Shown: positions 44,141-56,376 of the stretch, piece by piece
Numbering within the stretch: position 1 is the stretch's first letter
Layout: each line of letters begins with the position of its first letter
From: the human T2T-CHM13v2.0 reference genome, Homo sapiens
Assembly (NCBI RefSeq): GCF_009914755.1
Contig: NC_060925.1
Strand: one strand, 5' to 3'
DNA: 64,000 nt
The notes under the pieces: generated by a model
Told to the model about the DNA's origin: nothing
The model's database searches: none
Seen by the model: the letters and a program-made list of their open reading frames with translations, nothing else
Program-made: the position numbers and the translations under genes

Positions 44141-47046
44141 AAGTCAAGTCGGTGAAAACATTTCCTTGTGGATTTAAGATGTGAGTAGTTGATGTATCAA
44201 GGCATTTTATTCAAGCACTTAATAGAAAATGAACCTCAACTATCAAGAGGAAAGCCAATGCTGGTTTCTTCTCTGGAAGGACCCACCGCCATCCTGTACC
44301 AGCCACCAAAGGGGAACATCTACATGGCAGTCTCCAGGCACTGTGCCACTGTGTGCCTTGGAAGCACCTGGCTTCTGTGGTCACTGCACATCATAATGAA
44401 AAGCCTGCTTTTTCTTTCAGAACACCCCAGCGGAGAAAACAGCATTATATACATCGGAGTATCATTTTAGGATTCAAGTGTAAAAATCTGTGATCAAGAG
44501 GCTCAATAGATTTGGGCTCTATGGTTTGGTTTTTTTAGTTTGAGAGACAGTACATGAATATAACTTAAACCCTATAGATTTTGTCAAGATAGTTGTAATT
44601 CCTGTTCTGGAAATCTTCCCTATTACACTACCTACAGCATTGTATAAAGTGTGGGTGTTCATGCTTTGGGAAAATGTTAGACTACAATTTAAACATGTGA
44701 TGTGCTTATTCATAATTCTCAGTGTATCAGTCATAAATGAAATAACAAGTGCATTTAAGTCAGAGATACGTGAATGGATGTAATGCCGTTATGCAGTATA
44801 TATTGTTAATTGTCATTAATATTAGATGAGCTGCAGAACCACCCCCAAGCACTACATAAAAGACTCAAAATAAGTTTAACACTTACTGTGTTGGGCACCC
44901 TAACAGAAGAGCTATCTTAACTCATTGAATATTAAGATCTGCTGGTTTCAGGAGTCAAAATGTAGAAAAAGAGGAGAATTGTAATATGGTCAGAAACAGA
45001 GAAGCCTTTTCTATGTAAATTCAGACTTATCTGAGGCTAACAGTTTTCCGAAGTGGTGGTGGGTAGCAGCATGACAGCTGCTTGCCATGACTGATGCAGA
45101 CTACTAGGTTTCCATTTTAGCTCTCTGTAGGTACTGTTTTCTTCCCCACTGTGTCGAAAGTGATTTGTTTTGAAGCAAGAGTAGAATATAACATCTATCA
45201 AATATAGCTTTTAAAATAAGAATACCTGGTCTGGATCCAGTTGAGCAGCACAGCAGATAAACCTTAGAGTTTTTCTGTTCTTACATGACGGTTTCCATGT
45301 GGAAAGATCTAAACTTTCTTGGAATCACTATTAGTGAAGAAAAATGTAGAATCTGTATAACCAGTAATTCCCCAATTCTTACTTTCAAAGTCATATCCAA
45401 GAAAGACAATATGTCAGAATAGAATGACTTTGGTCTAGGTGTTTTCACGTTGGCAAAAATAAGGAGGAAATTATATTATTTTAATATCCAAATTTAAAGG
45501 TTTGGAAAATTTTGAATAGTTAATATTAGAACTTATGTTGCTGTTTTTTATATTTCAAGGATTGAGTATTCTGCATTAATCCAATACTATTCCAACAAAG
45601 AGATTCTGGAAGTTTTTAAAAAATGATACCCTGTTTTATATTTTGAATGTAGAGAGACTCTGAGAGAGAGAATGTTCTGAGTTATACTTTTTATTTTTTA
45701 AGATTTATTTTTAAGAATAAAACATTGACCTGAACATTTTAGCCTAACCAAGGGACTTAAGTGGTAAAGACTTGCATTATGTCTTCATGTGAACTGATCC
45801 GTTCATTATATATTATGGGAAAAATCAAAGAAAGTTTTTTATAGAGATATGAAGATATTATTTAGAGAGATATTTATTATGACATTTTTTAAAAACATAT
45901 TTTTCTATTTTCAAAATATTATTTCTAGGCTATATTTTTATTGGTGCTGTGCAAATGATTTTGCAGTTTTGAAAATGATAAAACTAGATTGTAAGTGGGG
46001 TTCAGTGAGGACATTCATCAGACACGTAAGAGGTGCTGCAATCAGGGTGATGCCCATCTTACTCATCCTTGGCTGCCCTTGGTCCGACACCTCTCTATAC
46101 AAGACTGGTTCTCAGTATTTTAAATGGTACAGAATTCTTTTTAAAAAGTAGAGAGATTTTGAAAAGCATAAAAATCATGCCTTTATAATCTTAGCAGCCA
46201 TCAGATACACCTTGATTTATGTAGTAGTAAATATAACAAATATTTTAATAAATAGAAACACTGATAAGGAAGAAAAAAGAACTAATGTCTATGTCTTCTG
46301 TAGTCAGCAAAAGTCTGGATCCATTTTCTATTTTGTGTTCCATTGGCACACTTTGTGTTCAAATTTCAGTGCAGTCCTTTCAAAATACTCGCTAAGGGTT
46401 GCCTAAGTGTCTGCCTTACTTTCTGATTGTCCTTTTCTGAGAGCATGGTTAAGAACATCTTAACCATATAGCTGTTGAAAAAATCTGTTTATTAAATAAC
46501 AAGTTCACTTCTGTTTATGTTTTGAGTTTAGAAAATTTGACTTGAAAATTTAGATTATTAATAAATTTATTTTTAAATATTAAAGTCAAATTTCAAATCA
46601 CCCAGTGTTGAAGAATTTGCAGATGTATACAATACTTTTTCTAATTATGTCTTTTCTATCTCCATGCCTGGCTTTTTCTAATTATATCCTAGAGAAAAAG
46701 ACTAATGGTATTTCAAAGCTGTGTATTTGTGACGAGATAAAGAAGAGTCTTAAACATCTTGTTTGGGAGAATGCACAGGCCAGTCAGGAGACCCACCTCC
46801 TCCTGTGCCCTGAGCTGCTGAGACCCGACAGATCATGAAGGCTAGTAAAGGGCAGAGAAGGCCCTGAGCCATCAGTTTACACTCGAATTGTTGACTCCCC
46901 TTTGTGGTGTTTTTGAAGGCTGCTTATACCAACAGCTAATGTGGATTAGTGCTTATGATCTTGAAAAAGTCTTGACCAAGAATCCTAAACTCCACCACTC
47001 CTCCCATTCCAGCTTAACACTATCAGAATAATATCCAAATTCCAGA

Positions 47047-47234
47047 TTTTTTTCTTTTTTACTTTTTTTTCTTCCTTTTTTAAGAGAGACAGTGTCTTGC
47101 TCGGTCACCTAGGCTGGAGTGTAGTGGCGCAATCGTTGCTCACTACAGCCTCCCAACTCCCAGGCTCAAATGAGCCTCCCACCTTGGCCTCCCAAAGTGC
47201 TAGGACCACAGGCATGAGCCACTGTGCCCAGCCT
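47047..47234 (-). mobile_element. Antisense Alu monomer inside the FAM102B 3'UTR
   Basis: T-tail, gagacagtgtcttgctc...ctcccaaagtgctagg...gagccactgtgcccagcc. Confidence 0.88.
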
Positions 47235-48293
47235 AGTTTCTTTTCTGTATGCTTTTTTTACAAAACTGTGAGCCACAGAGGTTGACCACTTAGCCAATTT
47301 GTTGCTAGAAGGGAGAAAAAAATCTCCAACTAGCCTCCAGACAAAACATACTCAAATTCAAACAGCAGTTAGTTTTAATTAACATACAGAAGTAATTTTA
47401 GACTTTCAGATTTCTATGCTGACTAGAACACTTTGCAGGCTGAAGCTGACATTATTACCAAATACTTCATTTAAGTACATACTCTGAAGTGTCAGGCTTC
47501 CAGTATATATAGCAACGCTCTGAGAGACAAACTGGGCTCATATGACGGGGTTGCATTTTATTTTCTTAACAGGTCTTTAAATTGGGCAGTTCTGAAATTC
47601 TGTTTGGTCAGTTCTAGATGGTACGTCATGTGAATGCAACCAAGCACTGTAGTTGAAATTGTGTTATGCCACTACTCATATGTTGTCTTAGGTACTACGC
47701 ATAATGTTAATAGCTGAGATGTTAAAGAATTTGAAGTCTAAAATATAAAAGATGAATATACCCATATTAATCCTATGTTAAGATGCTCTGGAAATAAAGG
47801 CCTTATTCCCTTACACATGCGATTTTTGTAAGATAATATATACACAGTATATTTTAAATGTTTGTGTGGGTGGTCTGTGTAGTTACTCCCCATACAACAA
47901 AGCTGACAAAATTTTTAATTTACACAATGTATTCTGCATTTTCAAATGTTTATGTTGTGTATATAGCAAAGAAATTATCTTACTGATATGCGTTGACCAA
48001 ATCCCATGGAGAAAAGACATCTCATTTGAGGTTCCCCTTCCTCTCATGTGTTTGATTTTTTGGAAGGTGATACAGTATGTGGGTAACCATGCAAATGTTT
48101 ATGAATAACTTTACTGAAGTGATTCCATCCGTATTCTGTTCTAATACTTGGAGAATGACCTTCATATTTATATATTTTATTTCTTTGTTTCAACTATCCA
48201 GTGATAATTCAGGAAATGTTTCCTTTTTTTTTTTTTTTTACAAAAACTTTTTATTTGTAAAATGTTTGTAATAATGTAAAGGTGAACATGTTC

Positions 48294-48299
48294 AATAAA
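48294..48299 (+). terminator. Distal polyadenylation signal of FAM102B (AATAAA)
   Basis: ttcAATAAAaatc preceded by three TGTA motifs and U-rich sequence, followed by a GT/T-rich stretch (gatgttctttatctttt). Confidence 0.75.
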
Positions 48300-48884
48300 A
48301 ATCATATATTAAAAGTTTAGATGTTCTTTATCTTTTAAAATATCAGTTAAGATTCCATCAGAAAATTGTGCCAAGGTGAAATGAAAGAACCAAAATAACT
48401 TATCCCTGAGGGTTTATTTATTTATTACCAGGGAGCATGGGACAGATTTGAACGCCCCCAGTGGCGGATTTCTCTTTGAACCCTTGGGCAGCCCATGCAG
48501 TGGCATGGACCTGGGCTTTGGGTGAGACAAACCTGAGTCTGAATACAAACTCCCCTCTGAACCTGGCCTCAAACTCCTGAGCTCAAGTGATCCTCCCACT
48601 TTGGCCTCCCAAAGTGCTAGGATTGCAGGTGTGAGCCCATGCGCCTGGCCTGAACCTATTTTCTAATCTAGGATGGGCATAACACCAACACTCTTACTGG
48701 GTTGTGATGAAAGACACGGGCATTATTGTTAAGAGTATGCTACTTTCTAGGCACTCGGTGGTCCATCAAGCCAAAATTTGCCTTCGTATAGCATCTACAC
48801 ACATATACTAATTTCTAGTGTTGGACATACAGATGCTTATTAAATGTGCCACTATTAGCATATACCCAAAAGAAAGGAAATAAG

Positions 48885-50418
48885 TGTGTCCGGAATTGGT
48901 GGGTTTTTGGTTTTACTGACTTTAAGAATGAAGCCGTGGACCCTCGCGGTGAGTGTTACAGCACTTAAGGTGGCGTGTCTGGAGTTTGTCCCTTTTGATG
49001 TTTCGATGTGTTTGGAGTTTTTTCCTTTTGGTGGGTTTGTGGTTTTGTTGGCTTAGGAGTGAAGTTGTAGACCTTTGTGGTGAGTGCTACAGTTTTTAAG
49101 GCAGTACGTCTGGAGTTGTTTGTTTCTTTTGGTGGGCTTGTGGTCTTGCTGGGCTTAGGAGTGAAGCTGTAGATCTTTGCAGTCAGTGTTACAGCTCATA
49201 AAAGTAGTGTGGACCCAAAGAGTGAGCAGTAGCAAGATTTATTGTAAAGAGCAAAAGAACAAAGCTTCCACAGTGTGGAAGGGGACCCGAGGGGGTTGCC
49301 ACTGCTGACTCAGGCAGCCTGCTTTTATTCTCTTATCTGGCCCCACCCACATCCTGCTGATTGGTAAAGCTGAGTGGCCTGTTAGGGCACTGATTGGTGT
49401 GTTTGCAATCCCTGAGCTAGATACAAAGGTTCACCACGTCCCCATCAGATTAGTTAGATAGGGAGTTTCCACACACAGGTTTTCCAGAGCCCCACCAGAG
49501 CAGCTAGATACAGAGTGTTGATTGGTGCATTCACAAACCTTGAGCTAAACACAGGGTGCTGATTGGTGTGTTTACAAACCTTGAGCTAGATACAGAGTGC
49601 CGATTGGTGTATTTACAATCCCTGAACTAGACATAAAAGTTCTCCACGTCCTCACCAGAGCAGCTAGATACAGAGTGTCGATTGGTGCACTCATAAACCT
49701 TGAGCTAAACACGGGGCTGATTGGTGTATTTACAATCCCTGAGCTAGATATAAAGACTCTCCACGTCCCCACCCGACTCAGGAGCCCAGCTGGCTTCACC
49801 TAGTGGATCCCGCACCGGGGCTGCAGGTGGAGCTGCCTGCCAGTCCTGCGCCGTGCGCTCCCATTCCTCAGCCCTTGGGTGGTCGATGGGACTGGGCACC
49901 GTGGAGTAGGGGGTGGTGCTCGTCGGGGAGGCTCGGGCCGCACAGGAGCCCATGGAGTGGGTGGGAGGCTCAGGCATGGCGGGCTGCAGGTCCCGAGCCC
50001 TGCCCTGCGGGAAGGCAGCTAAGGCCGGGCGAGAAATCAAGCGCAGCGCCGGTGGGCTGGCACTGCTGGGGGACTCAGTACACCCTCCGCAGCCACTGGC
50101 CCGGGTGCTAAGTCCCCCATTGCCCGGGGCCAGCAGGCTGCTCCGAGGGCGGGGCCCACCAAGCCCACGCCCACCCGGAACTCCAGCTGGCCCGCAAGCG
50201 CCGCACGCAGCCCCGGTTCCCGCTGGTGCCTCTCCCTCCACACCTCCCTGCAAGCTGAGGGAGTGGGCTCCAGCCTGGGCCAGCCCAAAAAGGGGCTCCC
50301 ACAGTGCAGTGGGGGGGCTGAAGGGCTCCTCAAATGCCACCAAAGTGAGAGCCCAGGCAGGGGAGGTGCCAAGAGCAAGCGAGGGCTCTGAGGACTGCCA
50401 GCATGCTGTCACCTCTCA
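48885..50418 (-). mobile_element. Solo LTR12 (LTR12C-like, ERV9), full length ~1534 bp
   Basis: Minus strand begins TGAGAGGTGACAGCATGCTGGCAGTCC and ends CCAATTCCGGACACA; 4-bp TSD taag at 48881-48884 and 50419-50422; GC-rich 5' U3 and tandem CCAAT-containing repeats. Confidence 0.95.
49360..49770 (-). promoter_or_regulatory. LTR12 U3 tandem enhancer/promoter repeats with seven CCAAT (NF-Y-type) boxes
   Basis: attgg on the plus strand at 49360, 49393, 49521, 49562, 49603, 49681, 49720 in ~40-bp repeats; TATA-like AATAAAA at ~49323-49329 on the minus strand. Confidence 0.8.
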
Positions 50419-50886
50419 TAAGTATATTGAAGAGATACCTGCACTTTTACATTTATTGCAGCACTATTCACAATACCCAAGGTTTGGAAGCAACCTAAGT
50501 GTCCATCAACACTTAGATGAATTCACAGAGAAAATGTGGTACATAAATGCAGTAGAGTACTATTCAGCAATAAAAAAGAATGAGATCCTGTCATTTGCAA
50601 CAACATGGATGGAACTGGAGGCCATTATGTTAAGTAAAATAGGCCAGGCACAGCAAGACAAACTTCACATGTTCTTACTTATTTGTGGGAACTAGAAATT
50701 AAAATAATTGAACTCATGGAGATAAGAGAGTAGAAGGATAGTTACCAGAGGCTGGGAAGGGTAGTTAGGGGGTAGGGTGTGGGAGGTGGGCAAAAAAAAT
50801 GAATGAATAAGATGTAGTATTTGCTAGCAAAAAAGGGTAACTATAATCAAAAATAATTTAATTGTACATTTTAAGAGTATAATTGG

Positions 50887-51183
50887 GCCAGGCGCAGTGG
50901 CTGAAGCCTGTAATCCCAGCACTTTGGGAGGCCAAGGCAGGCGCGTCACTAGAGGTCAGGAGTTTGAGACCAGCCTGACCAACATGGTGAAACCCCATCT
51001 CTACTAAAAATACAAAAATTAGTCGGGTGTGGTGGTGCACGCCTGTAATCCCAGCTACTCAGGAGGCTGAGGCAGGAGAATCGCTTGAACCCAGGAGACA
51101 AGAGGTTGCAGTGAGCCGAGCTCGCACCATTGTACTCCAGCCTGGGCGACAGAGCAAGACTCCATCTCAAAAAAAAAAAAAAA
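50887..51183 (+). mobile_element. Alu (S-like) inside L1MA
   Basis: TSD agtataattgg. Confidence 0.93.
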
Positions 51184-52034
51184 GTATAATTGGATTGTTT
51201 GTAACACAAAGGATAAATGCTTGAAGTAACAGATACTGTTACTTCACATTATTAATGATAAATGTTAAAACACATTTACCCTGATGTGATTATTACACAT
51301 TACATGCCTATATCAAAATATCTCATATACCCCCTATATACACCTACTATGTACCCACAAACATTTTTTCACTATTACAGTTTAAGATCATCACTTAACA
51401 AATGGTATTTATGTCACCTATATCCTCGTACAGACTGTTCTATTCCCATAGACCAGAATGTCCTCAGAGAACAAAAACAATGCCAACAGTGTCCCTCTGC
51501 TGATATTCAAATTATAATAGCAATTTAATATTAATAAAGAACTATGGTTTAATGTCAGTTTGAACCCAGCATCTTCTCTGCAGATTGTCAGGGCCTCCCT
51601 GGACAGTGCAGATTTAAAAAGGTTATATGACTAAAGAGAAAGCACCCTGCTCTTGTCAGGACAGAGTAGGGTATGGACACTCTAGGGGAAAACCTCCACA
51701 CTCCTCCCCAGTACAGAGGATCACCCAGAATAACTTTGTACCAGATCACAGCAGAACCTGGCAGGACTCTGATCTGCCCCCTCAGATGCTGCCCACATCT
51801 CCAACATGGAGTTCTCAGACCCAGCCTTCTTGTTTCGACTTGGCCCACCTTTCTTCAACACCTGGTGGCTTTCTTCCTCTTTCTCTGTCTGTCCTTCCCT
51901 TTCTCTTTCACCTGTTTTCACTTCGCTTCCTGTACCTATGCATCACTTATCTGGTAGCAGCACATAATGAAATCTTTCCTTCCATTTGTATGATAGGTAG
52001 GAAATCACTGGTGGAATTAATCCAGTCCACATTA

Positions 52035-52401
<367 letters not shown>

Positions 52402-53487
52402 TCAGTGATCTCTATTCCATGTGAACCTATTTAATAGGAAATGTCAGAAAATTTCCCAAATGAATGTTTAGACCTCATTCCCATGCATTTATAACCCAGC
52501 TAGGTTGAGGTATTACCTCAACCATTTCTTAAGAAATTGACTTCACCGCAGATCTTCAAACCATTTCAACACTGTTTTTCCTTAGTGTATGCATTGCAGA
52601 AAACCTCAAACCTCTGCAGAAAGTTGGCATGCTAAGCTTTTTTGGCATCTTGTTTTTTGAATCTTATATTGGGGAACCCTTAAAGCGAGTATGTGCAGCT
52701 ACTTAAAATAGGAAAAGTGTGCCACCTTCTGGCCTTGAACGTCTGTTGATTCAGTTCAAATCTACCTGTCTCAAGTGATCCTATCTGCTCCTATTTCACA
52801 TATATTTCATGAAATTTAGACCAAAGGAAAAACACATTTTTTATCTTGTAATTTTTAAAATTTGAAATAATTTCAACAGACTTTGAAGCATTGCACATTT
52901 TGCTTAAAGTAAAATTGTTTCCTTTGGTGTAGGATTAATGAAAAATTCTCTAAGTACAGTTCCATGAAGATTTCTACCCAAAAGCACTGCTTGGGCAGCA
53001 TGGTAAAGAACATATGTACAGGGCCAGGTGGGAAACAGCAGTGAGAACACACAGAGCCTGTTCAGTGAAAGCAAAGGCTCTGATGGGTCAAGGGTGATGT
53101 GTGGGAGCAGGGAGTCATGTTGTTGGGTAAGACAATACAATCAGATCACAGTTTAATCTGACTAATTCTAGCTTGAGTCTAGCATGCAGGATGAAGTTGA
53201 GCATGTAGAAAGAAATGAGATTGTTGCAGCAGTGGAGGCAAAAGTGTGCAGGCAGAGTACACACAATTCAGCAGGAACATTAAGAACCCAACAGAGAAAT
53301 AGAGGACATGAATTGTTAACTTTCAAGATAAAAGGTATTAACACATACTGCTGGCTTCAAAAGCTTGTATTTAACATTTACTATACACATTTCCAACTTC
53401 CAGCTCCTAGCAGCTTGTTTGCTAGACCTCAGCAATATTCCCAGCTGTCCCCTTTTTCTAGATATCACCAAGGATGTGCATCATATA

Positions 53488-53936
53488 TGTGAAAGGAAAA
53501 TATCTTGGACCCCTAAAATCACTAAGCGAAAGGAAAATTCAAACTGGAAACTACTCAGGGCAAACCTAGCTCCCATTCTATTCAAAGTCATCCCTCTGCT
53601 CACTGAGGTAGATGCATATCTGACTGCCTCCTTTGGAAAAGCTTATCAGAAACTCAAAAAAATGCAACCATTTGTCTCTCCTCTACCAGTGCCCTGGAAG
53701 CTCCCTCCTTGCTTTGAGTTGTCCCCGCCTTTCTGGATGGAACCAATGTACTTCTTACATATATTGATTAATGTCTCATGTCTCCCTAAAATGTATAAAA
53801 CCAAGATGTGCCCCGACCACCCTGAGTACATGTTGTCAGGACCTCCTGAGACTGTGTCATGGGAGCGTGTCCTCAACCTTGGCAAAATAAACTTTCTAAA
53901 TTAGCTGAGACCTGTCTCAAATGTTCGAGGTTCACA
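53488..53936 (+). mobile_element. Solo ERV1 LTR, MER4A-like
   Basis: TGTGAAAGGAAAATATCTTGGACCCC...GGTTCACA termini; tgtataaaacc TATA and aaaataaac polyA elements typical of the MER4 group. Confidence 0.8.
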
Positions 53937-55547
53937 AATATAATGATAAGCCATGTTTGCTGTAGTTAGCACCTAGCATCCTTCATGAAGGCAGAAACCC
54001 ACAGTTCTCAGTCTTCAAAAGACCACATTGCCACTGCTGACACTGCTCAGTCCCTGACTTCCTGTCAACTGCTCGACACACAGTCTCCACAGGACCAGGC
54101 ATAACGAGATAAAGATTTAATGTTCTTGGCACCCAAACTCTAGTTGAAGAAATTGCCTTTATTTGGAGTTCTCCCTTGATAACCGCTGGCAGAACTGAGG
54201 GCTGAGAACACTTGAAGGGAGCTGAACTGCTGGGCGTGCCGTGGGGCAGCAGGTTGGCAGTCACAGGAAAGGAGGGGAGGGGGTGGGGCAAGCGAGGGCA
54301 GCTGGGGAAGGTGAGCTGGGAGCTGCTGCCAGATGAGAAGGAGGGTAAGGTGGGATGTGTTTGAGGAGCCTCGGAGCAGCATAGAAGGGGCTGAGATTCA
54401 CATCTCAGTTGTATGGAACTGAACTTGAAGGCAGGCAGTGCTGTGATAACGTAAGCTTTTAGGAAATCATAGAAGTCTCAGAGTTTTGGAGTTACCCAGA
54501 CTATGGAAATAGGAGTTGGAGGCAAATTATATTCAGATCTCAAGGGCCAGGGAGGTTTCAATACCTGGTAGTGCAGATTTCGTATCTAGTCTGGGAGGTG
54601 GGCAGTGGCAGTGAGAACCTTCTCTCAAAGAAGACTGCAGATTAAACTCTGTCTCCTGCTCAGCGCACTTGTTTTCACATTGTCTGTGGTGGCTTTGACT
54701 CAAGCAGAGTTGAATAGTTGTGATAGAGACTGGATCACCTGCAAAGATTTACTGTCTAGCCCCAAAAGCACGTCTGGCAACCCCTGACCTCAAGTATTAA
54801 TGAGCCTTTCAGTGTGCAAAGAAAGGCCTGTATCCAGGTTGGGGGAAAGACAAACTTCTCAAGAAGAACGTAGGTACAGAAGCCGCAGAGAGAGCGGGAA
54901 GGCCATGGGGAAGAGCGGCTCCAGCCCCCATGGCAGTCATGAGCACTTAAAATGTTTCCACATGGGGGCTCCAGTGATTAGGCTCGAACAAAGTTAACTG
55001 ATTAACTTTCAAGAAAGATCAGAGAAACGGCTGGTCTTGGCTAGAAACCTTGGCTCTACCACAGAAGAGCAATGATGAGAAGGGAACTCTAGAGTGAAAA
55101 CTGCAGAGGCCTAGAAAGGTGAGGACGGACAGAGGGCCTTTGAGAGCAGGAATAGGGTGGGGCTACAAATCTCTTGTTCATGTGCACCTTTGAGCATTCA
55201 TGGGGGAAGTCTGATAGCAGTATTAGAAATTCAAGGAAAAAACAGCTGGTTTACCAATGTAATGTGATTAAAAGACGGTTCTCATCAGAATCCCTCAATT
55301 CTCTCCCCCCTCACCAAATCCCCTTCCCATCTGCTTAATTATTAACCCTTGGAAACTCAGCTTGAGAATTACTCCCCCCAGCCCTCTCCCAGGCACCAAC
55401 TCTGCATCTCCATAGCCCCCATTCCAGACCGCTCAGGATGTCCTAGCTGTGGCACAGATGGTTATTTGCCAGTGTTCCTTCTCCCCTTGTTCCTTGGCAG
55501 ACCAAGTGGACACATGACCTCCCAGAATAAAAACTGTATTTCGCAGC

Positions 55548-55948
55548 TGATACGGTTTGGATCTGTGTCCCCATTCAAATCTCATGTCAAACTGTAATCC
55601 CTGATATTGAAGGAGGGGCCTGCTGGGAAGTGATCATGGGGGTGGGTCCTTTGTGAATGGTTTCGCACCATCCCCTTAGTGCTGTTCTCGTGACAGAGTC
55701 CGCCCAAGACCTGCTTAAACGTGTTCAGCACCACCCCTCGCTCCGCCTTGCTCCTGTTCCCACCATGTGAGATGCCTCGCCCCGCCCCAACCCTTTGCCT
55801 TCTGCCATTACTGGAAGTTTCCTGAGGCCTCCCCAGAAGCAGAAGCTGCTATGCTTCCTGTACACTCTGTGGAACCATGAGCCAATAAACCTCTTTATTA
55901 CCCAGTCTCTGCTATTTCTTTACAGCAATGCAAGAACAGACTAATATA
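55548..55948 (+). mobile_element. MaLR LTR (MSTB-like)
   Basis: tgatacggtttggatctgtgtcccc...aaatctcatg...gccaataaacctct...cagactaatata; flanked by cagc repeats; sits in an older LTR-like sequence. Confidence 0.8.
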
Positions 55949-56376
55949 TCAGCTTCCCTTTGTGTGGCCTGAAGACCACATTCTGATCAACAGGAAGTAA
56001 GCAGTCGTGTTGCGTAACAACCCACAGCAAGCTTTACCAGACAGCTTGTGTGTGCCCTTTGTCCCTTCTCTTCTTTCTGCTGTTTCAGAATATGAAAGTA
56101 GTAGCCAGAGCTCAAATCTCTCTCTCTGTCCCTGGATGGCATACTAAGTAGCCACAACATGCAAGATGGACGTCTGGGTCCCAAAAGTGGCAGAGCTCCC
56201 ATGCCTGGGGCTTACCTCTGGACTCCTGTGCCTAAGAAATGCCTCTCATTTAAACTACTGTTTTCCCCCATGAGGTGAAGCTATGTTTCTTTCTCCCATT
56301 AGTACTACCACCCCAATTCCAACCAGAGAAGTACTACCACCCCAATTCCATCCTCAGAAGAGGGTGCTCAAAAAAC

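Larger units (their letters stand above)
44141..48320 (+). other. FAM102B: FAM102B 3'UTR (~4.2 kb, AU-rich)
   Basis: Repeat-poor AT-rich sequence after the stop codon, ending in U-rich/TGTA elements and AATAAA; the exact cleavage site is inferred. Confidence 0.75.
48855..51365 (+). mobile_element. L1MA-type 3' fragment (end of ORF2 + 3'UTR), interrupted by LTR12 and an Alu
   Basis: tatacccaaaagaaaggaaataag|...|tatattgaagagatacctgcac continues across the LTR; translated ORF2 C-terminus KMWYI...[22 protein letters not shown]. Confidence 0.88.

Noticed and set aside
48450-48470. CTCF-like cgcccccagtggc just past the FAM102B 3' end
   Set aside because: Spacing is one base short of the core consensus (CGCCCCCTAGTGG); poor match
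49744-50695. Long ORFs of 222 aa (-) and 260 aa (+), the latter running from the LTR into the L1 ORF2 C-terminus
   Set aside because: They lie in the GC-rich LTR12 U3, where stop codons are rare; both start at GTG; the recognisable C-terminal part is a decayed L1 fragment
53365-53904. 179-aa ORF
   Set aside because: Almost entirely within a MER4-type LTR; TTG start; no recognisable domain
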